A stretch of DNA of 32,000 bases, taken from Telmatocola sphagniphila (GTDB taxonomy: Bacteria; Planctomycetota; Planctomycetia; Gemmatales; Gemmataceae). A program made the translations under genes and the position numbers. The stretch is taken from positions 3,030,001 to 3,062,000 of the forward strand of contig NZ_CP074694.1 in NCBI RefSeq assembly GCF_018398935.1. Reading direction: 5' to 3'. Below the pieces are notes generated by a model. It did not search any database. It was given only the letters and a program-made list of their open reading frames with translations, and was not told the origin of the DNA. This document shows positions 1-7,049 of this stretch, piece after piece; the first letter of the stretch is position 1, and the number at the start of each line of letters is the position of its first letter.

Positions 1-702
1 TCTCAGAATCTTCAAAACAAACGGGCTTTTATCGCGGGTTCGACATCGGGAATTGGTAAGGCTATCGCCGACGAATTTAGACGACGGGGCGCGATAGTAT
101 TGACCCACGGTCGGAGTTCCTCGGCAGACATTCGCGGCGATCTTTCCCAAACGGCCGAACAGGACCAAGTTTTTCGGACGGCCTGGGCAATGCGCTCCGG
201 TTTAGACATCTGGATCCAGGTGGCCGGTGCGGACACTCTGACAGGTGAAGCGGCTCGCTGGTCGTTTGATCGCAAGCTGCAGGAATTGCTGGCCGTGGAT
301 GTTACAGCCTGTATGCGCATGACCCGCCAGGCCGGCGAAGCAATGAAAGCTCATCGGGGTGGTAGTATCATCACGATAGGCTGGGATCAGGCGGAACTCG
401 GCATGGAAGGAGACTCCGGCCAACTCTTCACCGCTACTAAATCAGCCATTCACAGTTTCACGAAAAGCCTTGCGAAAAGCTTAGCTCCCCATGTACGCGT
501 CAATTGCATTGCACCCGGTTGGATTCGCACGGCCTGGGGAGAGAATGCTCCCGAAATCTGGCAGGAACGCGTTCGCTCGGAAAGCTTGCTGCACCGCTGG
601 GGATTACCGGAAGATATAGCTCGGCTGGCCAGTTTTCTCTGTTCGGATGACGCGGCGTATCTCAATGGACAGGTCATTAACGTCAATGGTGGGATGACGT
701 AG
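1..702 (+). CDS. SDR-family (FabG-like) short-chain dehydrogenase/reductase homolog, 5'-truncated by the window edge
   Basis: Frame 1 is open from nt 1 to TAG 700-702. Translation from nt 1 reads SQNLQNKRAFIAGSTSGIGKAIADEF. The Rossmann TGxxxGIG motif therefore lies upstream of the track ATG at 100, so the gene starts at or before the window edge. The C-terminal IAPGWIRT ... AAYLNGQVINVNGG is typical of classical SDRs. Confidence 0.85.
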   Translation, partial: SQNLQNKRAFIAGSTSGIGKAIADEFRRRGAIVLTHGRSSSADIRGDLSQTAEQDQVFRTAWAMRSGLDIWIQVAGADTLTGEAARWSFDRKLQELLAVDVTACMRMTRQAGEAMKAHRGGSIITIGWDQAELGMEGDSGQLFTATKSAIHSFTKSLAKSLAPHVRVNCIAPGWIRTAWGENAPEIWQERVRSESLLHRWGLPEDIARLASFLCSDDAAYLNGQVINVNGGMT

Positions 703-792
703 GAAAACCCATAAATTGCCCGGGGTAGGAAACTCCGGTCTAAGATCCGTTGCCCCTCCGGAGTAAAAATACATTTTTTCGTTTATTGTTTT

Positions 793-811
793 GAAATGCC
801 GGAGGCATTTC
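793..811. terminator. Tight hairpin (GAAATGCC-GGA-GGCATTTC) between convergent genes; possible terminator
   Basis: Perfect 8-bp stem with a 3-nt loop, read directly. It sits between the SDR stop (702) and the carA stop (966). There is a T-rich run on the 5' side and only a weak T-run (agatttcag) on the 3' side, so it is not a canonical intrinsic terminator on either strand. Confidence 0.25.
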
Positions 812-835
812 AGATTTCAGCCCGGGGTCAGCGCA

Positions 836-939
836 GCGCCACCCAGGGTATTTAGAAGCGCCACCTCGGGTATTTAGAAGCGCCACCCCGGGTATTTAGA
901 AGCGCCACCCCGGGTATTTAGAAGCGCCACCCCGGGTAA
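836..939. repeat. Tandem direct repeat, 22-bp unit GCGCCACCCCGGGTATTTAGAA, about 4.7 copies
   Basis: Copies are at 836-857 (one mismatch, CCCAGGG), 858-879 (one mismatch, CCTCGGG), 880-901 and 902-923 (identical), and 924-938 (truncated). Each unit contains a CCCGGG palindrome. Related CCCGGGGT motifs occur at about 720 and about 821. Confidence 0.95.
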
Positions 940-965
940 CCGAACACGCCCCACCAACTAACCAA

Positions 966-2108
966 TCACCCCATCATTTTCCAAAAGTCTTCAAACAAAT
1001 AGCTGCTGTCATGCGGGCCAGCCGAAGCTTCCGGATGATACTGCACGCTGAAGACGGGCAATTTCTTGTGACGCAGCCCTTCCAGGGTCTGATCGTTGAG
1101 ATTGATGTGGGTCGCTTCCACTTCGCTCGGCAGAGAATTCGCATCCACCGCGAAGCCATGATTCTGTGTGGTAATCTCCACCTTCCCCGTAATTTGATTC
1201 AAAACAGGTTGGTTCGAACCTCGATGCCCGAATTTCAATTTGAAAGTCTTACCGCCCAGGGCCAGCCCTAAAAGCTGATGGCCCAGACAAATACCGAAAA
1301 TCGGACGTTTACCGATCAACTCTTGAAGAGTCTCGATGCAGCCGCCCAATGCAGCTGGGTCACCCGGGCCGTTCGAGAGAAAAATCCCATCCGGTTTCAG
1401 AGCCAGAATGTCTTCGGCTTTTGCGGTTCCGGGCACCACTGTGACGCGACAGCCTGACTGAGTCAAACAGCGGGCGATGTTCCACTTCATGCCGTAATCG
1501 AGTGCCACGACGTGGCGTTTGGTCGTGGGCTGAGGGCCCATCATCATACTCTCGGCCAACGGCAAAAGCCCTTCTTTGTCCCAAGAAAAGGCCTTTTCCG
1601 GAAGCACCTTCTTCACCATATCCTGGCCGGTCATTCCCGGCAGTTGGGCGGCCCGCGTGGTCAGTTCCACATCATCCAGAATTTCGGTGGAAAGCACACC
1701 CGTCAGTGATCCGCGTACTCGCAAACGTCGAACCAAGGCTCGAGTGTCGATTTTCTCCAATCCGATGATATTGTTCTTCTTCAGATAGCCATCGAGGTCG
1801 ATCTGCGATCGGAAGTTGCTCGGCAAAGGAGTGAGTTCACGCACAATGAACCCCTCAACCTGTGGCCGTTGCGATTCATCGTCATCGGTGGTGATGCCGT
1901 AATTGCCGATCAGGGGATAAGTCATGGTGACGATCTGCCCCTTATAGGACGGATCGGTCAAAGTTTCCTGATAGCCGGTCATACTGGTATTGAACACGAC
2001 CTCTCCAGTCGTGGTCCCGGTGGCTCCAAAAGCCTTGCCGGTGAATACGGTTCCATCTTCGAGGGCCAGCTTAGCAATTTTACTCATGGTCGGGTGCATA
2101 TCTCTCAA
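966..2108 (-). CDS. carA: Carbamoyl-phosphate synthase small (glutamine amidotransferase) subunit
   Basis: The CPSase small-subunit N-domain is present (LEDGTVFTGKAFGATGTTTGEVVFNTSMTGYQETLTDPSYKGQIVTMTYPLIGNYG). It is followed by class-I GATase motifs PIFGICLGHQLL and VQYHPE. The coordinates give the ORF maximum. The likely true start is the ATG at 2087 (MSKIAKLALEDG). Confidence 0.95.
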   Translation of the reverse strand: MRDMHPTMSKIAKLALEDGTVFTGKAFGATGTTTGEVVFNTSMTGYQETLTDPSYKGQIVTMTYPLIGNYGITTDDDESQRPQVEGFIVRELTPLPSNFRSQIDLDGYLKKNNIIGLEKIDTRALVRRLRVRGSLTGVLSTEILDDVELTTRAAQLPGMTGQDMVKKVLPEKAFSWDKEGLLPLAESMMMGPQPTTKRHVVALDYGMKWNIARCLTQSGCRVTVVPGTAKAEDILALKPDGIFLSNGPGDPAALGGCIETLQELIGKRPIFGICLGHQLLGLALGGKTFKLKFGHRGSNQPVLNQITGKVEITTQNHGFAVDANSLPSEVEATHINLNDQTLEGLRHKKLPVFSVQYHPEASAGPHDSSYLFEDFWKMMG

Positions 2109-2224
2109 CGCGTGCGGCGCAAACTCCTATTGAGATATACAAATTGGCCGGGAGGTCAAATGAAGAGTTCCGGGTATTTGAAAGAACTGACAAAAAACTG
2201 ACAAACCCAAATTCGTGCGAAGCC

Positions 2225-3178
2225 TCAATCCTCGGCCCCATCTTCCGATTCCTGAGTTTCGAGTCGGAACGGCTGCCAGATGTGCGGCCGAGAAAGCGGT
2301 TCGATATGCAGAACCACTTCGCCATTCTGGAAGAGCCGAACGGTCCCGGAGGACTGGCTGACGCAGACGGCGATCGCGTGCGTTTTCTGGCTGATCGCGG
2401 CGGCGGCGGCATGCCGGCTGCCGAAGCCCTTGTTCAGTACGATTCCCTCGGTGGAAACTTCGAGCAGCATACAAGCCGCGACGGCTACTCCATCGCGACC
2501 GATAATGATCGCCCCATCAAGTTGGGCGATATCCTTGATCTGCTCGCGTACCCTGCGATCGCGCAGATCTCGCTCCTCGGCACTGTAGCCGCGAAAAGGA
2601 TTGAAGTTGATCGGCTTTGAAAGGCTGAGAACCTTTCGGGTGTCACCGACCACGAAGATCACGCCAACCGGCTTTCCTTCCCGCCCTTCCCGGCCAATCT
2701 CACTGGCCAGATCGATTACCAGTTTCAGCGTCTCCAGCGGAATCTGGGTATCCAGTTTGCGGAGATCCTGAGCGGTCAGTCGCTCCAGGTGTTCCCCGAG
2801 ATGGATCAGGCTCAAGCTATCGATGTGCTCCGCCCGATCTTCGGTCGTGGCGATACCGTTGTAAAGAACGACGACGTGCGCTCCAGGCTGAATTCTTCCG
2901 AGACTTACCGCCTTCAGAAGTGCCAGGCTCATCCGTTCCGTACTGGGCACCGGTTCGGGATCGATGTCGATGACTTCCAGATCTTCGCGCGCTCGTAATT
3001 TGGTCGCCGTTTCTTCATTTACGGCGGTCACAATCAACCGGCAGTTTTTCAGATGAGATCTCACTTCGTCCCAATCGAGTGAGGTCTCGGTGAGGAACAG
3101 AATGGCATCCGCGGTTTGCGATTTGATGATGTCGCGGGCCGCTTGCAGGAGAGCCAGAGTCTGTTTCGGCAAAGACAT
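2225..3178 (-). CDS. DAC (DisA_N) domain protein, putative diadenylate cyclase of CdaZ/DacZ-like architecture
   Basis: The C-terminal half aligns by eye with the CdaA/DisA DAC domain. The segment is QLDGAIIIGRDGVAVAACMLLEVS...GFGSRHAAAAAISQKTHAIAVCVSQSSGTVRLFQNGEVV, with a DGA motif and a GSRHA motif in place of GTRHR. The N-terminal about 150 aa (ADAILFLTETS...CRLIVTAVNEETATKL) resembles the pyruvate-kinase C-terminal-like domain found in archaeal DacZ. Confidence 0.75.
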   Translation of the reverse strand: MSLPKQTLALLQAARDIIKSQTADAILFLTETSLDWDEVRSHLKNCRLIVTAVNEETATKLRAREDLEVIDIDPEPVPSTERMSLALLKAVSLGRIQPGAHVVVLYNGIATTEDRAEHIDSLSLIHLGEHLERLTAQDLRKLDTQIPLETLKLVIDLASEIGREGREGKPVGVIFVVGDTRKVLSLSKPINFNPFRGYSAEERDLRDRRVREQIKDIAQLDGAIIIGRDGVAVAACMLLEVSTEGIVLNKGFGSRHAAAAAISQKTHAIAVCVSQSSGTVRLFQNGEVVLHIEPLSRPHIWQPFRLETQESEDGAED

Positions 3179-3328
3179 GTTTAGCGTTTTCGTCCTGTGG
3201 TAGAGATCACCGATTCTAAAAAGATATCATGCACAGTCTGAGGATCGACTCAAAATTGTTCGAAAATCCAATTTTTCGTCGATTCTCCGATCTTCCAATC
3301 GTTGAAAGAACCGCATCAGTTCTGATAA

Positions 3329-3357
3329 TTAACATTGCTTGTAAATCGTCTTATAAT
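3329..3357 (+). promoter_or_regulatory. Sigma70-like promoter candidate for the kinase gene (TTAACA-17 nt-TATAAT)
   Basis: TTAACA at 3329-3334, a 17-nt spacer and a perfect TATAAT at 3352-3357, lying 43 nt upstream of the ATG at 3400 in an AT-rich divergent intergenic region. Promoter consensus in this lineage is not well defined. Confidence 0.3.
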
Positions 3358-3399
3358 TCCAAACGGATTTCTGGCCGAACAATTCGTTCGGAACGATGA

Positions 3400-5121
3400 A
3401 TGGTCGACACCTCCCATAAGTTCGTCGAGCATCTTCGTGAGAGCGGATTGTTAGAAGCGGATCGTCTGGATGCTTATCTGAAATACCTCGGCGACCTATC
3501 TTCCCTCGATCCCAAAGTAATTGCCGACCGAATGGTCGCTGACCGCCTGCTTACGGAGTTTCAAAGTTCCCAACTGCTCAAGGGACGTTCCAAAGGTTTC
3601 ATCTTGCGCGGCAAGTACAAGATTCTCCGTTTACTGGGCGTTGGCGGCATGGGAAGGGTCTTTCTCGCCGAGCACATGATACTTAAACGTCTGGTGGCCA
3701 TCAAACTGCTCTCGCCTTCAGAGGCCAAAGATCCTTCGATGCTCTCTCGATTTCTTCGGGAGGCGCGAGCAGTGGCCGCGATGGATGATCCGAACATAGT
3801 TCGAATTTTCGATGTGGAAGTAGACGTTTCCAATCCCTTGATGATCATGGAATTCGTCGATGGCACCAGCTTGCAGGAACTGGTTGCGGATGGCGGCCCG
3901 ATACCGCTCGAATATGCCGCACATTACATCGCACAAGCCGCCTTGGGTCTCCAGCACGCCATGGAACTCGGCTTAATCCATCGGGATATCAAACCGGGGA
4001 ATCTTCTGCTGGATCGGAACGGCGTGGTCAAAGTTGCCGATCTCGGATTGGCGAAGTTCCGTAATCGTGGCAAGGACAGCACCCTCATCCAGCAGTACGA
4101 AAGCGAACGGGTTTTAGGGACGGCGGATTATCTGGCCCCCGAACAGGCGATCGATTCCTCCGCTGTCGACATCCGGGTCGATATCTACGGCTTGGGGGGC
4201 ACTTTTTACTTCCTCCTCACCGGCGAAGTCCCTTTTCCCGATGCGACAATTCCCGAGAAGGTACTGGCTCATCAGCAGCGACCGGTTGAATCCGTTCGAA
4301 GGCGCCGACCCGAAATTCCCAAGGAAATTGATGAGATTATAGCTCGGATGATGGAGAAGCGACCTAAGGACCGGTACCAGACGCCGCAAGAAGTTGTCGA
4401 TGCTTTGAAGCCCTGGTCGAGAAAGCCGATCGAAGCTCCCAATTTTGCCTGGTTTGCCCGCAATCCAGCGACAGTTACGATCGAACACGATCCGGAGGCT
4501 TCGACCGACGAGCATCGGATGATCGAGAACACGGCCAAAAAAACGGCACCCAAACCTTCCCGCAAAAGTCCGTTACCTCTCGGCCGGACAAATCGCCTGC
4601 GAGATGTCGGCCTGGGCGTGGCGATCGCGCTGTTACTCTGCGGATTACTGTTTCTGCTGCTTCGTTTCGTCGATAAACGGAACAATAAACCTGCCCCTGC
4701 TGAGCAGACGTCTCCTGGAGAGGTTACGGCGAAGAAGAACGAGATCCCTGTCGGCAATGCTCCAGCGGATAAGAGTCCGAAGGTCATCAAATTGAGTGAG
4801 GTCAAGGATCATATTGATGAAGAAGTGACTGTCGAATTCAAAGTTCGCTCGGCGAACCTGAACGGCTTGAAAAAGGATACGCTTTTTCTCTGTTCCTCCA
4901 GCGATTCTCGATACAGCGAATTCACAGTCGTCATCCGTCGCGGCGACGCCGAGAAACTCTATCAAGTGGAACTGGAGGAATTGCGGGCTCGACTCGAAGG
5001 GAAAACCATTCGAGTCACCGGAAAAATCGAACTTTATAAGAAAAAACCCGAGAGCGATCAAAAAGGGGATCCCCAAATTCGCGTGACGGAACGCTCTCAG
5101 TTGGATATCCCCGCCGAATAA
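3400..5121 (+). CDS. Membrane-anchored Ser/Thr protein kinase with a C-terminal extracytoplasmic OB-like domain
   Basis: Hanks-type motifs are present: LGVGGMGRVF, VAIK, HRDIKPGNLLL, DLGLAK and ADYLAPE. There is a single TM helix (GLGVAIALLLCGLLFLLLRFV), followed by an about 140-aa beta-rich C-terminal domain. Confidence 0.95.
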   Translation: MVDTSHKFVEHLRESGLLEADRLDAYLKYLGDLSSLDPKVIADRMVADRLLTEFQSSQLLKGRSKGFILRGKYKILRLLGVGGMGRVFLAEHMILKRLVAIKLLSPSEAKDPSMLSRFLREARAVAAMDDPNIVRIFDVEVDVSNPLMIMEFVDGTSLQELVADGGPIPLEYAAHYIAQAALGLQHAMELGLIHRDIKPGNLLLDRNGVVKVADLGLAKFRNRGKDSTLIQQYESERVLGTADYLAPEQAIDSSAVDIRVDIYGLGGTFYFLLTGEVPFPDATIPEKVLAHQQRPVESVRRRRPEIPKEIDEIIARMMEKRPKDRYQTPQEVVDALKPWSRKPIEAPNFAWFARNPATVTIEHDPEASTDEHRMIENTAKKTAPKPSRKSPLPLGRTNRLRDVGLGVAIALLLCGLLFLLLRFVDKRNNKPAPAEQTSPGEVTAKKNEIPVGNAPADKSPKVIKLSEVKDHIDEEVTVEFKVRSANLNGLKKDTLFLCSSSDSRYSEFTVVIRRGDAEKLYQVELEELRARLEGKTIRVTGKIELYKKKPESDQKGDPQIRVTERSQLDIPAE

Positions 5122-5136
5122 TGCAATTGCATTTGA

Positions 5137-5355
5137 TCAACCGGCGGATTCGGCCGGTTTGGAAATATCGATCACCAACTGACGGGCCAATTTATAAGCG
5201 TTCCGGATCACGCTTACTCGAACTTCCATCTGCCCATCGGTGAAGTGAGCCCCGGGCTGACTTTTCGGAAGCCCAGCGAGTTCCAGGGTCAGTGGGAGCA
5301 AGCTCATGAATTCCCGTTGTTTAGCCTGTTGAGCGTTAGCGGTTTCCGGCGTCAT
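5137..5355 (-). CDS. Small hypothetical protein (72 aa) downstream of hisB
   Basis: ATG start preceded by AGGAG about 10 nt upstream (minus strand: cttgaAGGAGctttaacttaATG). It has the same orientation as hisB and starts 29 nt downstream of it. Amino-acid composition is unbiased. I recognise no family. Confidence 0.55.
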   Translation of the reverse strand: MTPETANAQQAKQREFMSLLPLTLELAGLPKSQPGAHFTDGQMEVRVSVIRNAYKLARQLVIDISKPAESAG

Positions 5356-5384
5356 AAGTTAAAGCTCCTTCAAGAAAATAATCG

Positions 5385-5972
5385 CTATAGTACGCCTTTG
5401 GTAGACGGAATGCCAGCACTTCTCGGGTCGAGTTCCACAGCGGTTCTCAACGAGCGGGCAATCGATTTGAAGATGGCTTCGATCAAATGATGGGTATTCG
5501 ATCCATGATGTGCGACCACATGAAGATTGAGTAAGCCACTCGAAGAAACCGCTCGCCAGAATTCCTCGGCCAGCGAAGAGTGAAAAACGCCTAGAGTTTC
5601 GTTCGGAATAGCCGCCTTCCAGACCAGGAACGGCCGGCCGCTGAGATCCACGGCCGAGGTGATCAGCACATCGTCCATCGGCAATGTGCAGTCGCCATAG
5701 CGGCGAATTCCCTTTTTATCACCGAGAGCTTCGCTCAGAGCTTTACCGAAGCAAATACCGATGTCTTCCACCGTGTGGTGGGAATCAATGTGCAAATCGC
5801 CTTCCGCAAAGACTTCCAGATCGAAGGATCCATGCTTCGCCAGATGGGTGAGCATATGATCCAGAAACCCGACGCCGGTTTGAATTTTGGAGGTACCGGA
5901 GCCATCGAGATTCAATTCGAGTTGAATCTTCGTTTCCGCCGTGGCTCGGTTGATTCGGGAAGTGCGTGACAT
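5385..5972 (-). CDS. hisB: Imidazoleglycerol-phosphate dehydratase
   Basis: 195 aa with IGPD motifs GVGFLDHMLTHLAKHG, DSHHTVEDIGI and HHLIEAIFKS. The start lies 2 nt after the hisC stop. Confidence 0.95.
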   Translation of the reverse strand: MSRTSRINRATAETKIQLELNLDGSGTSKIQTGVGFLDHMLTHLAKHGSFDLEVFAEGDLHIDSHHTVEDIGICFGKALSEALGDKKGIRRYGDCTLPMDDVLITSAVDLSGRPFLVWKAAIPNETLGVFHSSLAEEFWRAVSSSGLLNLHVVAHHGSNTHHLIEAIFKSIARSLRTAVELDPRSAGIPSTKGVL

Positions 5973-5974
5973 GA

Positions 5975-7018
5975 TCAGATTATATCATGAAGACAGCTGA
6001 GCAATCGGTCGATCTCCGCATCGGTACCAACTGAAATTCGCAGACCTTCGCCATAATCCGAATATTGCATATAGCGAACCAGAATTCGCTGCTGTTTCAA
6101 AGCTTCGTAAATGGGTTGAACAGGTCGATCACTGCGCCGACACCATAGGAAATTCGCCTGGCTCGGCGTCACCTGAAAGCCTAGCGCTTCCAGAGCCGGC
6201 TGCATTCGTTCCCGGGTAGCGAGGATCTTCGAACGAGTTTCCGTCACATAAGCCGTGTCTTGGATCGCCGCCTCGGCCGCCGTGAGAGACAGCACATCGC
6301 AGTTATAAGAATCCTTGACCTTAATCATCTCCTGAATGATTTCCGGCTGTGCCACGGCATAACCAAAGCGAATCCCGGCCAGGGCCATCGATTTGCTGAA
6401 ACTCCGGGAGACGATCACTTTCGGAAGTTTGGCGAGTCGGAGAGCATTGTCCTCCGCAAAATCCGCATACGCCTCATCGACCACCACCGGACAAGGGAGC
6501 CCTTCGATAAAAGCCGCTATTTTCTGGATATCGATGAAAGTTCCCGAAGGGGAATTGGGATTGGCGAGGAAAAAAATCGAAGTATCGGGAGGAATCGCGG
6601 AAACCGCAGGCAGGGACCAGTTCGGACCAAACGCAACGGTTTGGAACCGAGCGCCCTGGATCTCCGCCAGGCTTTTATAAAGCGAATAACTCGGGGTAAG
6701 AGTGACGATCCTCCCACCTTCAGGAACGAAAGTCCGGGTCAGAATGGTGAGGATATCATCGGAGCCGTTACCGATCAGAATGCTTTCCGAATCGATTCCC
6801 AGCACTCGGGTGGCTGCTTTACGAAAAGAAATCCCGGAAGGTTCCGGATACTTTCGGAGCTTATCCCCAGTCAAAACCGCCTGAATCGCCTCGAATACTC
6901 GGGGTGAGGGCGGATAGGGGTTTTCGTTCGTGTTGAGTTTGACGACTGCCGGGTCGTTGATTTGTTCACCCGGCGTATAACCGGCCATTTTGGCAATATT
7001 CGGTCTCAGCCCGATCAT
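5975..7018 (-). CDS. hisC: Histidinol-phosphate aminotransferase
   Basis: 347-aa class-II aminotransferase with KLNTNENPYPPSP, ANPNSPSG and the PLP-lysine motif SRSFSKSMALAGIRFGY. It is flanked by hisD and hisB. Confidence 0.93.
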   Translation of the reverse strand: MIGLRPNIAKMAGYTPGEQINDPAVVKLNTNENPYPPSPRVFEAIQAVLTGDKLRKYPEPSGISFRKAATRVLGIDSESILIGNGSDDILTILTRTFVPEGGRIVTLTPSYSLYKSLAEIQGARFQTVAFGPNWSLPAVSAIPPDTSIFFLANPNSPSGTFIDIQKIAAFIEGLPCPVVVDEAYADFAEDNALRLAKLPKVIVSRSFSKSMALAGIRFGYAVAQPEIIQEMIKVKDSYNCDVLSLTAAEAAIQDTAYVTETRSKILATRERMQPALEALGFQVTPSQANFLWCRRSDRPVQPIYEALKQQRILVRYMQYSDYGEGLRISVGTDAEIDRLLSCLHDII

Positions 7019-7049
7019 CGGGAAAATCCTTCTTCAATTCTCGAGCCAG

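Noticed and set aside
729-780. ACTCCGG...CCGGAGT stem followed by AAAAATACATTTTTT, as a terminator for the SDR gene
   Set aside because: The 7-bp stem encloses a 19-nt loop and the T-run is interrupted and distant. It is too loose to call, and the tighter hairpin at 793-811 is listed instead at low confidence.
836-939. Possible CRISPR array, because of the regular direct repeats
   Set aside because: The 22-bp units are directly adjacent with no spacers. The unit is shorter than typical CRISPR repeats, and no cas genes are nearby. It is a plain tandem repeat.
6260-6907. 215-aa plus-strand ORF (and 6393-6680, 6702-6884) inside hisC
   Set aside because: It is antisense to a strongly recognisable hisC. 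The translation is Arg/Gly/Pro-rich (RRLGRRERQH...), as expected for a shadow frame in GC-rich coding DNA.
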